The notes: generated by a model not told the origin, from the sequence alone. Shown: positions 10,255-21,330, counted from the stretch's first letter. The stretch is 64,000 nucleotides of DNA from Pseudomonadales bacterium (GCA_965659815.1 CBFHXO010000003.1:3520-67519), one strand, 5' to 3'. Numbers and translations are program-made.

Positions 10255-11127
10255 CTATTTCCCGCCAACACTATTCAAATAGCGGAAGAAATCGCTTTCG
10301 GGGTCAACCAAAAGCATATCGCCCTTGTTTGAGAACGAACTTTCGTAAGCATTCAACCTGCGCGAAAAGGCGTAAAACTCAGGATCTTTGTTATAGGCCG
10401 CCGCATAAATAGCCGCCGCCTGTGCATCCCCTTCACCACGGGTTTGCTCCGCTTCGCGATAGGCCTCTGCTTCAATAACCACTTTCTCACGATCAGCATC
10501 GGCGCGAATTTTTTCCGCCAGCTCCAAACCCTCTGAACGATATTGCTGCGCTTCTTTTTCACGATCAGCACGCATACGATCAAATACCGCCGAGCTTACC
10601 TCCTGCGGAAAATCAATACGCTTGACGCGAACATCGATGACTTCAATACCAAAGTCCACTAAGGTCGCTTCGTTAAGTCGTTCAGTTAAGGTCGCCATCA
10701 TTTGGTCACGCTCACCGGCAACCACTTCGTGTAGCGTTCTTACGCCAATTTCATCACGTAGGTTGTTGTTAACCCGCTGGGCCAATAACACATTGGCGCT
10801 CTCTTCATCGCCGTTGGTCGCTTTGTAGTATTTACCCACATCGTTAACACGCCATTTGATGTATGAGTCAACTTCAAGACGCTTTTTCTCAACGGTATAA
10901 AAACTGGTGGGGCGAGCATCGAGGGTTAACAAACGCGCATCGACAATGCGAATCTGGTCGGCCCAGGGCCATTTAAAATGCAGGCCCGGCTGAATATCCG
11001 ATTGCACTAACTGACCAAAACGCAATTTAACCGCGGTTTGGGTTTCCATAACGCGATAAAGCACATTCGAAGCCAGTAAGACAATCAATGCAAAAACTAA
11101 AACTATTAATGGAAATCGATTAGACAT
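10255..11127 (-). CDS. hflC: Protease modulator HflC (SPFH/band-7)
   Basis: 290 aa with an N-terminal TM segment and an SPFH domain. Its start overlaps the hflK stop. Confidence 0.95.
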   Translation of the reverse strand: MSNRFPLIVLVFALIVLLASNVLYRVMETQTAVKLRFGQLVQSDIQPGLHFKWPWADQIRIVDARLLTLDARPTSFYTVEKKRLEVDSYIKWRVNDVGKYYKATNGDEESANVLLAQRVNNNLRDEIGVRTLHEVVAGERDQMMATLTERLNEATLVDFGIEVIDVRVKRIDFPQEVSSAVFDRMRADREKEAQQYRSEGLELAEKIRADADREKVVIEAEAYREAEQTRGEGDAQAAAIYAAAYNKDPEFYAFSRRLNAYESSFSNKGDMLLVDPESDFFRYLNSVGGK

Positions 11128-12305
11128 TATCGACCCTCCGAACGTCGGCTACGCGCTTGCTCACGTCGCAAACGCTCAATAACTTCATTGGCAACTTCAC
11201 CAATCAGATCTGACTGTCGCACATCACCTTTGGCACCGGTTGACGACTGCGACGTGAGTTTATCCAGCGGCAGGTACATCATATTGTTGCCGCCCTCAAC
11301 ATCGATCAGCACCTTGGACACATTGCTCATGACATTTTCAACCGAGTTCAGGTACAGACGCTCACGAGTAACCTCAGGCGCTTTTTCATATTCAGCATAA
11401 AGTTGCTTAAAGCGGCTCGCTTCACCCTGGGCCTCAGCAATAAGTCGCTCACGATAACCGATTGCCTCCTGCATGATGCGCTGGGCTTTACCACGCGACT
11501 CAGGTACCACTTTATTAGCGTAGGTTTTGGCTTCGTTAACGTAGCGGTCTTTATCCTCTTTGGCCGAAATCACATCGTCAAAGGCCGACTTAACCGCTGC
11601 CGGTGGCTCTGCCTTTAAGATGTTAACCAGAGTGATTGCAATACCGGTTTCATAGGTATCGAGATAGCGTTGCAGACGCTCGCGAGTTTCCTGCGCCATG
11701 GCCTGACGACCCTCAGATAATACATCGCTAGACTTAGTGCTACCCACCACGTGGCGAATCGCGCTGTCGGTCGCGTGATGCAAGCTGGTTTCAGGATCAC
11801 GAACATTGAGCACAAACTTTTTCGGGTCGGGAATTTTGTACTGCACCGAAATGGGCACTTCAACAATATTCTCGTCTTCGGTCAGCATTAAGCCGCGCGC
11901 CTGGTAGTCTTGCTCCTGCGTCACCAGCACAGGATAGCGCTGGTCGATAAACAGCGGGTTCCAGTGCAAACCTGGCCCCACGGTTTCATGAAACTTGCCC
12001 AAGCGCAAAATAACCGTCCGTTCTTTTTCATCGACCTGGTAAAAGCCCGCTGCCGCCCAGACAATCAGTAACACAGCGGCAATTAACGCCACCAGGCTCC
12101 CTGAAATCTCACCGCCGCTATGACCGCCACCCCTGCCGCCAGAGCCACCAAAAATGCCCGAAAGCTGTGACTTCAACTTGTTCAGGGCCTCATCAAGATC
12201 TGGTGGACCCTGGTCAGACTGGCTCCAGGGATCACGGTCTTTGTTACCGTTTCTGCGCCCGTCGTCATCATTATTCGAGTTACCACCCGGTTCATTCCAG
12301 GCCAT
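11127..12305 (-). CDS. hflK: FtsH protease modulator HflK
   Basis: 392 aa. N-terminus MAWNEPGGNSNN..DPWSQSDQGPPDLDEALNKL, a Gly-rich linker, a TM segment and an SPFH domain. Confidence 0.95.
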   Translation of the reverse strand: MAWNEPGGNSNNDDDGRRNGNKDRDPWSQSDQGPPDLDEALNKLKSQLSGIFGGSGGRGGGHSGGEISGSLVALIAAVLLIVWAAAGFYQVDEKERTVILRLGKFHETVGPGLHWNPLFIDQRYPVLVTQEQDYQARGLMLTEDENIVEVPISVQYKIPDPKKFVLNVRDPETSLHHATDSAIRHVVGSTKSSDVLSEGRQAMAQETRERLQRYLDTYETGIAITLVNILKAEPPAAVKSAFDDVISAKEDKDRYVNEAKTYANKVVPESRGKAQRIMQEAIGYRERLIAEAQGEASRFKQLYAEYEKAPEVTRERLYLNSVENVMSNVSKVLIDVEGGNNMMYLPLDKLTSQSSTGAKGDVRQSDLIGEVANEVIERLRREQARSRRSEGR

Positions 12306-12672
12306 GTTTTACTCCTACGCTATTTGCATGTGTGTTTGCGACTGCCTCAATATGCGACTGCCTTTGCAGGTTGACCAGCCAAGTGAGCCTGGCTCCGTTG
12401 CTAGCAACCTCTGATATATGAGGTCGTTTACCTCCATACTCAATACGTCGTATCGAGAAAAACAGCCCACCGTGACACGCAGCGCGGCCCGGCGGCCCCA
12501 AGCCCTGACAAACGGCGGGATTGTATCAAAAAAACGGCGGGCAATGCCCGATCTGCAGGGCAAAGATCGCCCCCTAAATAGCTTATTCGGGGTTATTACC
12601 GAAACGGTTGCGAAACCGCCTTGCAGCAGGACAGCTTCGGGGCTTGGCTTAGGCTTGGAGCCAAAACCCGGG

Positions 12673-14040
12673 CTAATGTGGCAACGCCACCCTTTCGGCG
12701 GCCATAATCCGCTCCAGATCATCACGCGGAAAACAGAGCTCCAGCTGGTAATCACCCAATTCGGACACCGTCTCGGCCTGAACTGCACCAACCGCGTACA
12801 AACGTGCTCGCAATTTAGCCTGTCGCGCCGCCAAAACCACCTGACCTCGCCAAAATGCCCCACCCAACAATTGCGCAATGGCCTCGGTTAAACCGTCAAT
12901 GCCGGTATTATCCTGGGCCGATAACCAGACCCGGCGTGGCAACTCAAGCACATCACCTTCGGCATTGACGTCGCTTTGGGTGTCGGTATGGGCAGTGACC
13001 TCGGGCAGGCAATCGATTTTGTTCATCACATGCAGCGCCGGAATATCGCCAGCGCCAATCTCTACCAGCACATCGTCAACCGCGCTGATATTTTCTTCAA
13101 CCTCATCAGCGGCAGCATCAATGACATGCAGCAGCAAATCAGCCTCGGCGGCCTCTTCGAGCGTCGCTTTAAATGCGGCCACCAGCTGGTGGGGTAAATG
13201 GCGGACAAAACCTACAGTATCGGCCAGCACCACTTTGCCAAAACGCGGCAACTCAATAGCGCGCAGCGTTGGGTCTAATGTGGCAAACAGCTGGTCAGCG
13301 GCATAAACCCGGGAGCTGGCCAACCGATTAAATAAGGTCGATTTGCCCGCATTGGTATAACCGACCAGTGCAATGGTTGGCAGCTCGGCGCGCTGACGTG
13401 ACCGACGACCTTGCTGGCGCTGGGAGTTAACTTTTTCTAGCCGACGATTAATCCACTTGATGCGCTCACGCAATAAGCGACGGTCAGTTTCCAGCTGCGA
13501 TTCGCCCGGGCCGCGCATACCAATACCGCCTTTTTGACGCTCCAGGTGGGTCCAGCCCCGCACCAGGCGGGTGGCAATATGCTGCAATTGCGCCAGCTCC
13601 ACCTGTAATTTACCGGCATGACTACGGGCGCGCTGAGCAAAAATATCCAGAATCAAACCGGTGCGATCGAGCACCTTGCATTTAAATTGCTGTTCGAGGT
13701 TGCGCTCTTGCGATGGGCTCAGGCTGTGATTGAACAAGACAACTGCAATATCCAACTGCTTGATAAACTGAGTGATTTCATCAACCTTACCCGAGCCAAT
13801 AAAGTACTTGGCGGTAGGGCCGGCACGGCGCGTTTTAACAAGCTCAATGGGCTCTACGCCGGCAGAGCGAGACAGGTCGATAAATTCTTTGGGGCAAGGT
13901 GCGTAGTCGGCGGTGTCGTATTCCTGAGTCTGCGACCTTGCCGAAGTAAAGTCACAATGAACCAGTAATGCCCGCTCGCCCGCATCGGGTCGATCAAAAA
14001 ACAAAATGACACGCAAAATGCCCGGCACCGGGCCAGGCAT
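12673..14040 (-). CDS. hflX: GTPase HflX
   Basis: G1 motif GYTNAGKST, DTVGF, NKID. An in-frame TTG at 14004 would give the canonical N-terminus MFFDRPDAGERA and may be the true start. Confidence 0.95.
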   Translation of the reverse strand: MPGPVPGILRVILFFDRPDAGERALLVHCDFTSARSQTQEYDTADYAPCPKEFIDLSRSAGVEPIELVKTRRAGPTAKYFIGSGKVDEITQFIKQLDIAVVLFNHSLSPSQERNLEQQFKCKVLDRTGLILDIFAQRARSHAGKLQVELAQLQHIATRLVRGWTHLERQKGGIGMRGPGESQLETDRRLLRERIKWINRRLEKVNSQRQQGRRSRQRAELPTIALVGYTNAGKSTLFNRLASSRVYAADQLFATLDPTLRAIELPRFGKVVLADTVGFVRHLPHQLVAAFKATLEEAAEADLLLHVIDAAADEVEENISAVDDVLVEIGAGDIPALHVMNKIDCLPEVTAHTDTQSDVNAEGDVLELPRRVWLSAQDNTGIDGLTEAIAQLLGGAFWRGQVVLAARQAKLRARLYAVGAVQAETVSELGDYQLELCFPRDDLERIMAAERVALPH

Positions 14041-14202
14041 TTAAAAAAGCGCGTTTTGTAGCGACGCCGCTAGTGTTTAACGAGATATGCAAATCCCTTG
14101 ATTCGATTTCGGAGATTCCAATTGCAGCAATGCCGGTTGGAGCCTCTTGCGCTGAAAAAAAAGATGCCTTACCCATTCAACAACAAACTGAGCAAAAACA
14201 AA

Positions 14203-14463
14203 TTATTCGTTGCCAGGTGCTTCTTCGTCATCACCTTGCGGGTGCGTCATTGGCAAACGTACGTTACGGCCAGGTACCACCGTTGAAACCGCATGCTTGT
14301 AGACCATTTGACTGACGGTGTTTTTAAGCAGAATAACAAATTGGTCGAATGACTCGATCTGACCCTGTAATTTAATTCCGTTTACCAGATAGATTGAAAC
14401 CGGAACGCGCTCTTTACGCAGTAAATTGAGGTAAGGGTCTTGTAGGCTATGCCCCTTAGACAT
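14203..14463 (-). CDS. hfq: RNA chaperone Hfq
   Basis: 86 aa. [58 protein letters not shown]. Confidence 0.98.
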   Translation of the reverse strand: MSKGHSLQDPYLNLLRKERVPVSIYLVNGIKLQGQIESFDQFVILLKNTVSQMVYKHAVSTVVPGRNVRLPMTHPQGDDEEAPGNE

Positions 14464-14773
14464 AATGATGATCTCCCAAATGGGTTAAAAGAAGAAAAAC
14501 TTCAATAAAGTGTGTTTTATCCCGGTTCACTTTGACCAAAATCGGTCTGGACCAAATCGATCCGGCTACCTCCGGGAAACAACTACGCTGATGTGAAACC
14601 GCAAGAGAACAACGCCTGTTTTTAATTATTGGATTGACCGACAAACCTACTTGTTATTAGTAGTTATCAACCTTACCCACGAACTGCTAATTAAATTTAC
14701 CGTTATACCGTCACGACTTTTCATCGCAGCGCAAAAGCATGCACAGCGGTAGTATACACGGCTTCGACCGCAG

Positions 14774-15769
14774 TTATAGGCCAAGTTCCTGCAGGATCGG
14801 ACTAATTTTCTGTAAAGTTATGCTTATTAGGTCGCAATTCGCCGGGTTTTTCTGGTAGTTGACCACAAGTTTATGTAAATCGGGCCATTTTCTTAACCAG
14901 GTTAATTGCCGCTTGGCCAACTGCCGGGTTGCCGCAGTACCGGTTGCTAACAATTGCGCCCGGTCGATCTCACCTTCGAGATACGCCCACACCTGGCGAT
15001 ACCCCACCGCGCGCATAGCAGCCATGTTTTGGTGCAAGGAATATTTTTGTCTAAGCTGCTGAAGCTCTTCGATTAGGCCCTGCTCCAGCATTTGCGCAAA
15101 CCGCCCTTCGATAAGCGCATGCAACTGTGCGCGATCGTCCGGCCACAGCGCCAGCTGCGCCACACGAAATGGAAATGGCTCTGCCGATTGCCGAGCCTGG
15201 TGACTACTCAGTGTTTCACCCGTTGCGAAGTAAACCTCCAGTGCACGCTGGATACGCTGGGAATGATTGGGGTGCAGTGCCGCTGCCGCTTGCGGGTCGA
15301 TGGTTTGCAAACGCCGGTGCATTGCCTGCCAACCCAGTTGCTCGGCATCGGCTAAAATCTGCGCACGGATATCCGGGTCGGCAGGTGGCAACTCGGCAAT
15401 ACCTTCATACAGCACTTTAAAATACAGCATGGTGCCGCCCACTAGCAGCGGGATTTTGCCGCCGCTGCTAATATCATGCATTAACGACAGCGCATCGCGG
15501 CGAAATTCAGCCGCCGAATAGCTTTGATCAGGGTTGCGAATATCAATTAAATGGTGAGGAAGCTGCCGCAAAAATTCAGCATCGGGTTTGGCGGTGCCAA
15601 TATCCATGTCGCGATACACCAATGCCGAATCTACGCTAATCACTTCAAACGGCCAACGCTCGGCTAAATGCAGCGCCAGCGCGGTTTTACCACTGGCGGT
15701 TGGGCCCATTAAAAAAACCGCTGGTGGACGCGGATTGACATCGGCGGCGGCGGTAGTTTTAGCGGCCAC
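14774..15769 (-). CDS. miaA: tRNA dimethylallyltransferase
   Basis: P-loop GPTASGKT and VISVDSALVYRDMDIGTAKP. The start overlaps the mutL stop. Confidence 0.95.
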   Translation of the reverse strand: MAAKTTAAADVNPRPPAVFLMGPTASGKTALALHLAERWPFEVISVDSALVYRDMDIGTAKPDAEFLRQLPHHLIDIRNPDQSYSAAEFRRDALSLMHDISSGGKIPLLVGGTMLYFKVLYEGIAELPPADPDIRAQILADAEQLGWQAMHRRLQTIDPQAAAALHPNHSQRIQRALEVYFATGETLSSHQARQSAEPFPFRVAQLALWPDDRAQLHALIEGRFAQMLEQGLIEELQQLRQKYSLHQNMAAMRAVGYRQVWAYLEGEIDRAQLLATGTAATRQLAKRQLTWLRKWPDLHKLVVNYQKNPANCDLISITLQKISPILQELGL

Positions 15770-17696
15770 GTAAAAACAGTTTATCCAGTTCGGTCAGGCT
15801 CATCGCTGTCCAGGTCGGGCGACCGTGATTACATTGCCCGCTGCGCTCGGTGCGCTCCATATCGCGCAACAGTGCATTCATTTCGGGAATGGTCAAACGG
15901 CGATTGGCGCGCACTGAACCATGGCAAGCCATGGTCGACAAAATATCATCGATATGATTCATAATGCGATCGCTAGCGCCGTATTGTAGTAAGTCGGCAA
16001 TCACATCGCGCACTAACAACTCGGCATCGGCAGATGCCAACACCACCGGAATCTGCCGAATTATCATTGACTCTGGCGCAACGCGCTGCAACTCAAAACC
16101 CAAATTTTCAAATAACTCGGTATGGGATTCGGCGCAATCGGCTTCTTTTTCACTCAATGCCATACTCACCGGCACCAGCAAGGGCTGGGCCTGAATTCCC
16201 TCTTCATCGCGCGCCGCTTTCATACGCTCGTAGGTAATGCGCTCGTGGGCGGCGTGCATATCAACCACAATTAACCCCGCTTCATTTTCAGCGAGAATAT
16301 AAATACCTTTGAGTTGAGCGATTGCATAACCAAGCGGTGGTATTTCGCTATCAGTATCAATAGCATCACCCGGAGCTGCTTGATTAACGCTGTAAAGTCG
16401 CTGGTGTGTTGGCGAAAAGCCCGCACGACTAGCACTGCCGCCCCCGCGACCAAATTCACGACTAAAATCACCAACACCGCCACGGGTATCCGAGTCACTG
16501 GCAGTACCCTCAAAAGCCTTACCGGCAACAGCGTTGTTCAAGTGCTGGTTTGAATAAGCTGCTACTGGCTCTGCCAAACCCATTGATTGTTGTTCAGTCA
16601 CCTGATCTTGTGCTTGCGCTGAAAAATCTTGTTTCGTTTGCTGCGACTGCGAATTAGCCGCATCGCCTGCCGCATCGATATTATCCTGCGGCCTCACATC
16701 AGCTAGCACTTTATGCAAGCTACGATAAATAAAATCGTGCACCGCGCGGCTATCGCGAAAACGTACTTCATGCTTGGCCGGATGGACGTTCACATCAACC
16801 AGCGCCGGGTCCAGTGTGAGATATAACACAAAGGCCGGATGGCGGCCGTGAAACAACACATCACGATAGGCCTGCCGCACGGCGTGCGCGATAACCTTAT
16901 CTTTAATGACCCGGTCATTGACAAAAAAGTATTGCATATCAGCCTGGCTGCGCGAATACGCAGGCTGCGCTACCCAGCCATAAAGGCGAAAGTCGGCATG
17001 ACCAATATCAACGTGCAGGGCGCTATCGATAAACGGCTGACCTAAAAGCTTAGCAATGCGCTGCTCTTGTTCCAGCTGATTGGCGCATGGCCGCAGTGCG
17101 TGAATCACCCGACCGTTATGCGACAGGCTTAGCCCGGTTTCAAAAGTTGCCAGCGCATTGCGACGAAACACTTCATCAATATGGTTGTATTCGGTTTTTT
17201 CTTTGCGCAAAAATTTGCGCCGGGCCGGGGTATTAAAAAATAAGTCCTGCACGTCGACCGAAGTGCCGGTGGGCCTTGCCGCTGGGCTCAGCTCGATATT
17301 CATATCGCGACCGACACTTTCGGCCTTCCAGGCGGCGGTAGCATCCGCGCTGGCATTCGAGGTGAGCGCCAAGCGCGACACCGAGCTAATACTGGCCAGC
17401 GCCTCGCCGCGAAAACCCAATGTGGCAACGGCTTCTAAATCATCGAGATCATAAATCTTGCTGGTGGCATGGGCATCGAGCGCCATTGCCATATCGTCAT
17501 GGGCAATACCTATGCCATCATCACGCACCAGCACGCGCTTGGTACCACCGGCCTCAATCTCGATATCGATTTGCCTGGCACCGGCATCGAGGCTGTTTTC
17601 AATCAGCTCTTTCAATACCGATGCTGGCCTGTCGACCACCTCGCCAGCCGCAATTTGGTTAGCGAGCCGGGTATCGAGTTTTTTAATTTTTGCCAT
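15759..17696 (-). CDS. mutL: DNA mismatch repair protein MutL
   Basis: 645 aa. N-terminal GHKL ATPase LANQIAAGEVVDRPASVLKELIENSLDAG. Confidence 0.97.
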   Translation of the reverse strand: MAKIKKLDTRLANQIAAGEVVDRPASVLKELIENSLDAGARQIDIEIEAGGTKRVLVRDDGIGIAHDDMAMALDAHATSKIYDLDDLEAVATLGFRGEALASISSVSRLALTSNASADATAAWKAESVGRDMNIELSPAARPTGTSVDVQDLFFNTPARRKFLRKEKTEYNHIDEVFRRNALATFETGLSLSHNGRVIHALRPCANQLEQEQRIAKLLGQPFIDSALHVDIGHADFRLYGWVAQPAYSRSQADMQYFFVNDRVIKDKVIAHAVRQAYRDVLFHGRHPAFVLYLTLDPALVDVNVHPAKHEVRFRDSRAVHDFIYRSLHKVLADVRPQDNIDAAGDAANSQSQQTKQDFSAQAQDQVTEQQSMGLAEPVAAYSNQHLNNAVAGKAFEGTASDSDTRGGVGDFSREFGRGGGSASRAGFSPTHQRLYSVNQAAPGDAIDTDSEIPPLGYAIAQLKGIYILAENEAGLIVVDMHAAHERITYERMKAARDEEGIQAQPLLVPVSMALSEKEADCAESHTELFENLGFELQRVAPESMIIRQIPVVLASADAELLVRDVIADLLQYGASDRIMNHIDDILSTMACHGSVRANRRLTIPEMNALLRDMERTERSGQCNHGRPTWTAMSLTELDKLFLRGR

Positions 17697-17778
17697 AGTG
17701 TGAATGCTGTACCGGGCCGACCCTAGTTATGCGGTTAATCTCGGTGTAAAAACATTTGTACGACGCGTGACTGGACTG

Positions 17779-19164
17779 CTAGCGAGGTGGAATTCTCAAT
17801 ACCTGACCCACCCTAATTCGGTCGCCTTTGATCTTATTGTACCGGCGTAACTCCGACTGGGAAACCGAAAATCGATAAGCAATACCAGACAAAGTGTCAC
17901 CAGAGCGGATTTTATAGATATCTGGCGAACGCCCGGCACTGGCGACATTTGTGGTTTCGGCGCCATCACCATGATTTAGCCAGTAAACCAGGGTGCCTTC
18001 TACGGCATGTTGGTTAAAGTAATCGAGCGTGCCGGCAAAAATTGCCCTAGCCAACTTGCGCTGATGCGAACTCGATGCCAACCTACGCGCCTCTTTGGGA
18101 TTGGAAATAAAACCGGTTTCAATTAATACCGAGGGAATATCCGGCGACTTTAGCACCGCAAAATTTGCATGCTCTACGGTATTTTTATGCAAGTGCGTTG
18201 CAGTTTTCATTTGTTTTAAAATGGCTTTGCCGGCTTTCACGCTGGAATCGAGTGTGGCGGTCATACTTAAATCAAGCAGCACGCTGGCCAGCACATCGTC
18301 TTTATCGGAAAGATCAACACCACCAATTTGGTCGGCGCGATTTTCAGCTTCGGCCAAAAAACGCGCCGAGGCACTGGAGGCACCACGCTGCGATAATGTA
18401 TACACCGAACCACCGCTGACCTTTTTATCTTTGAAGGCATCGGCGTGAATAGAGATAAAAAAATCCGCCTGCTGTTTTCTGGCAATGGTGCGGCGCTTGC
18501 TTAAACCAACATAGTAGTCGCCATCGCGTACCAATACCGCTCGATAGCCCGGCTGCTTGTCAAATAACTTTTGGGTTGCACGTGCAATCGACATTACCAC
18601 AGCTTTTTCGCGATTTTTTTTCGGCCCCACCGCACCCGGATCTTCACCGCCGTGGCCTGCATCAATGGCAATAATAATATCGCGCCGACCATTATTTTTT
18701 GGCGCGGTTTTTATAACCGCTTTTTTACTCACACTATCGTATAAATCAATAACCAGGCGATCGCTGTATTGCGCGCTGGCATTCAGTAAAAACGCATTAG
18801 GTCTTACCCTGGCACTGAGGTCGAGCACCAGCCTAAGGTCATTGCCATTGCGCGCAGCAGCGCGAACTTTTTTAATTGGGCTATTACCAAAGTCCAGCAC
18901 GGACAGGCTGGCCGATAATGATGACTGCTCGATATCAATGACAACCCGCTCGGGGTTGGTCAGCGTGAAGTATTTAAAACTGACGTTATCGGATAAATCC
19001 AACACCAAGCGGGTGTGGTCGGGCGCACGCCAAAGCCGAACACCTTCGATATCGGCAGCCATTAGCATGGGCGCCAGCAGCAGTAAAATACCGGCCAGCG
19101 CAACGACTATAGCAGATTGCAAACTGCCTTTGCCGTCACTTAACAGGGCTAAAAATGCCTTCAT
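17779..19164 (-). CDS. amiB: N-acetylmuramoyl-L-alanine amidase (AMIN + Amidase_3 + C-terminal LysM)
   Basis: 461 aa. It has a signal/TM segment, IIAIDAGHGGEDPGA, and a C-terminal LysM (YKIRSGDTLSGIAYRF). The symbol is assigned from its syntenic position. Confidence 0.88.
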   Translation of the reverse strand: MKAFLALLSDGKGSLQSAIVVALAGILLLLAPMLMAADIEGVRLWRAPDHTRLVLDLSDNVSFKYFTLTNPERVVIDIEQSSLSASLSVLDFGNSPIKKVRAAARNGNDLRLVLDLSARVRPNAFLLNASAQYSDRLVIDLYDSVSKKAVIKTAPKNNGRRDIIIAIDAGHGGEDPGAVGPKKNREKAVVMSIARATQKLFDKQPGYRAVLVRDGDYYVGLSKRRTIARKQQADFFISIHADAFKDKKVSGGSVYTLSQRGASSASARFLAEAENRADQIGGVDLSDKDDVLASVLLDLSMTATLDSSVKAGKAILKQMKTATHLHKNTVEHANFAVLKSPDIPSVLIETGFISNPKEARRLASSSHQRKLARAIFAGTLDYFNQHAVEGTLVYWLNHGDGAETTNVASAGRSPDIYKIRSGDTLSGIAYRFSVSQSELRRYNKIKGDRIRVGQVLRIPPR

Positions 19165-19186
19165 AATTACTGTGTACTGCTGCGCC

Positions 19187-19696
19187 TTATTGATCGTATT
19201 TATCTAATGCCCGCAAAACCTGCTCACCGTGCACAGTCAACGCCGCAAAGTTAAACTGCCTGGCCTTGGACGATAGCTCTACGAGATGAATCTCGATATC
19301 CGCTTGCGGCATAAATCCCACACCGCGTTCTGGCCATTCAATTAAACACAGCGATGATGAATTAAAGTAGTCGTCCAAGCCCAAAAACTCAAGCTCGGCC
19401 GGGTCGGATAAACGGTATAAATCAAAATGGTAAACCCGCCTGATTACGCCGCCATCAATAGCGATTTCGTAGGGTTCAACCAGTGTATAAGTGGGGCTTT
19501 TAACCGCGCCCTGATGGCCGAATGCGCGCACAACTCCACGACTAAAAGTGGTCTTACCCGCACCCAAATCACCCAGCAAGTGTATGTTAAGACCGTCGCC
19601 CAGCCCAACAGTTTCAATTGCACGGGTAAGCCCGACCCCTAAGTCAATGGTTGCAGCCTCATCTGCGAGGGAATAGCTTAACAGCATTAGCACCAC
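19187..19696 (-). CDS. tsaE: tRNA t6A biosynthesis ATPase TsaE (YjeE)
   Basis: 169 aa with Walker A GDLGAGKTTFSRG. It overlaps the nnr stop by 10 nt. Confidence 0.9.
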   Translation of the reverse strand: MVLMLLSYSLADEAATIDLGVGLTRAIETVGLGDGLNIHLLGDLGAGKTTFSRGVVRAFGHQGAVKSPTYTLVEPYEIAIDGGVIRRVYHFDLYRLSDPAELEFLGLDDYFNSSSLCLIEWPERGVGFMPQADIEIHLVELSSKARQFNFAALTVHGEQVLRALDKYDQ

Positions 19697-21330
19697 CGCC
19701 CTGGTTTAGCCTGGGGTTCGATTGGCTCTGACAATAGTTTATTAAGCAGTGCACGCAAAGCTTGTGGCATATCACTGGCGGCCAAACCGTGGGGCCCGCG
19801 ATGCTGCACAGTATAATCAGCCGCAGCTGCATGCAAAACAGCGCCCAGCTCGGCAGCGTCGCCTGGCACTAAACCCTGGACCATTAATGCACCAATCACA
19901 CCCGATAACACATCACCCATACCGGCGGTTGCCATTGCACCGCTACCGTAGGGGCAAAGTTTTTGGAGGTTATACTGATCTGTAACCGCACCTGCATCAA
20001 CAATTGTTCCAGCCCCTTTTAACAGTACCGTGGCGCCAGTACTTTGCTGTAATTGAGCAGCACTGGCAAAGCGATTGGCATTCACTGTTTTATTGGTCCA
20101 GTCTTGGTCGGCACTTGCAACCAGAGCGCTATTGGCCAAGCCAGTGAGCAAGCGCGCCGCCTCGCCGCTATGCGGCGTTAATACCGACCGGCCCTGAGGT
20201 AAGAAACTAGGGGTCTGGGCTACCAGATTTAATGCATCCGCATCGAGTAACACCGGTATCGACAGTGAACGCACCTGCTGTAATAGTTGCTGTGACCAGG
20301 GACCTGTGCCCAGGCCAGGGCCAATGACCACTGCCGATGCGCGTTTAAGCAACGCTTGTAACGCGCGGGTTTTATCAATACCGACTGCCATAATATCGGG
20401 CTGGCGACTCACCACCACGCCCACATGCTCAGGCCGGGTTGCCACGCTGACCAAGCCAGCACCACAGCGCAGCGCCGCCATGGCTGTTAATAGCACCGCA
20501 CCTGCCATACCGTAATCACCGCCAATAATCAGCAAATGGCCCGATTGGTTTTTATAAGCATTGCGCGAGCGTACGGGTATTTTTTTTATTAACTGGCTTA
20601 ACTGACTCAGCTCAACTCTCGCAGAATTCTCACTGACGCTGCGGGCATCGACTTGAACGCCGAGGTCGGCAAAGCTTAGCTTACCGACATGATTGACCGC
20701 ATCGCCAGTAAACAAACCACGCTTTACGCCAATAAAAGAAACCGTTAGATCAGCAATCACCGCCCCACTACCAGCCACTGCACCGGTATCGCTAATAATA
20801 CCTGAGGGCACATCGACGGCAATTACCGGCGCTGCTGCTGCATTAATGCCAGCAATCGCCTCAGCAAAATTGGGCCTAACGCTGCCGCTTAGACCAGTCC
20901 CCAGCAAGGCATCGACGATAAGGTCATAATCATCCAGCGGCGGCTGGTCGCTCATCGGCACGGGTGCAATACCGCTGTCAACCAACGATTGCCTAGCCGT
21001 GGCGGCATCGCCTTTTAGCCGCGCTGCGTCGCATAATTCAATAACACGCACGTCGAAACCGCGCTCTGTGGCAAGACGTGCCACTAAGTAACCGTCACCG
21101 GCGTTATTACCACTGCCGCAAAATACGGCAATTCGGCGAGCCATTGGCCAGTGATGCTGCAATGCACTCAGTATCGCTCGCGCGGCGCGGCTCATCAATA
21201 CTATACCGGGCGTACCTACCGCGATAGCTTGCGCATCCAGCTCGCGCACCTGAGCGGCGGTATACAGCGCGGGTGGCAATTGTTCAATTGCCTGCCAGTG
21301 CGGCGGGAGTTTCGCAGCAATTGCTTGCAT
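19687..21330 (-). CDS. nnr: Bifunctional NAD(P)H-hydrate repair enzyme (epimerase/ADP-dependent dehydratase)
   Basis: 547 aa. The N-terminal half is YjeF_N (CGSGNNAGDGY). The C-terminal half is a carbohydrate-kinase-like domain (GPGLG, GMGDVLSG). Confidence 0.9.
   Translation of the reverse strand: MQAIAAKLPPHWQAIEQLPPALYTAAQVRELDAQAIAVGTPGIVLMSRAARAILSALQHHWPMARRIAVFCGSGNNAGDGYLVARLATERGFDVRVIELCDAARLKGDAATARQSLVDSGIAPVPMSDQPPLDDYDLIVDALLGTGLSGSVRPNFAEAIAGINAAAAPVIAVDVPSGIISDTGAVAGSGAVIADLTVSFIGVKRGLFTGDAVNHVGKLSFADLGVQVDARSVSENSARVELSQLSQLIKKIPVRSRNAYKNQSGHLLIIGGDYGMAGAVLLTAMAALRCGAGLVSVATRPEHVGVVVSRQPDIMAVGIDKTRALQALLKRASAVVIGPGLGTGPWSQQLLQQVRSLSIPVLLDADALNLVAQTPSFLPQGRSVLTPHSGEAARLLTGLANSALVASADQDWTNKTVNANRFASAAQLQQSTGATVLLKGAGTIVDAGAVTDQYNLQKLCPYGSGAMATAGMGDVLSGVIGALMVQGLVPGDAAELGAVLHAAAADYTVQHRGPHGLAASDMPQALRALLNKLLSEPIEPQAKPGRWC

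Noticed and set aside
12315-12891. Two ORFs (187 aa on -, 157 aa on +) spanning the hflX-hflK spacer.
   Set aside because: Both overlap the 3' part of hflX. They are Arg/Trp/Cys/Pro-rich with no motifs and have no Shine-Dalgarno. The spacer is better explained by RNA structures.
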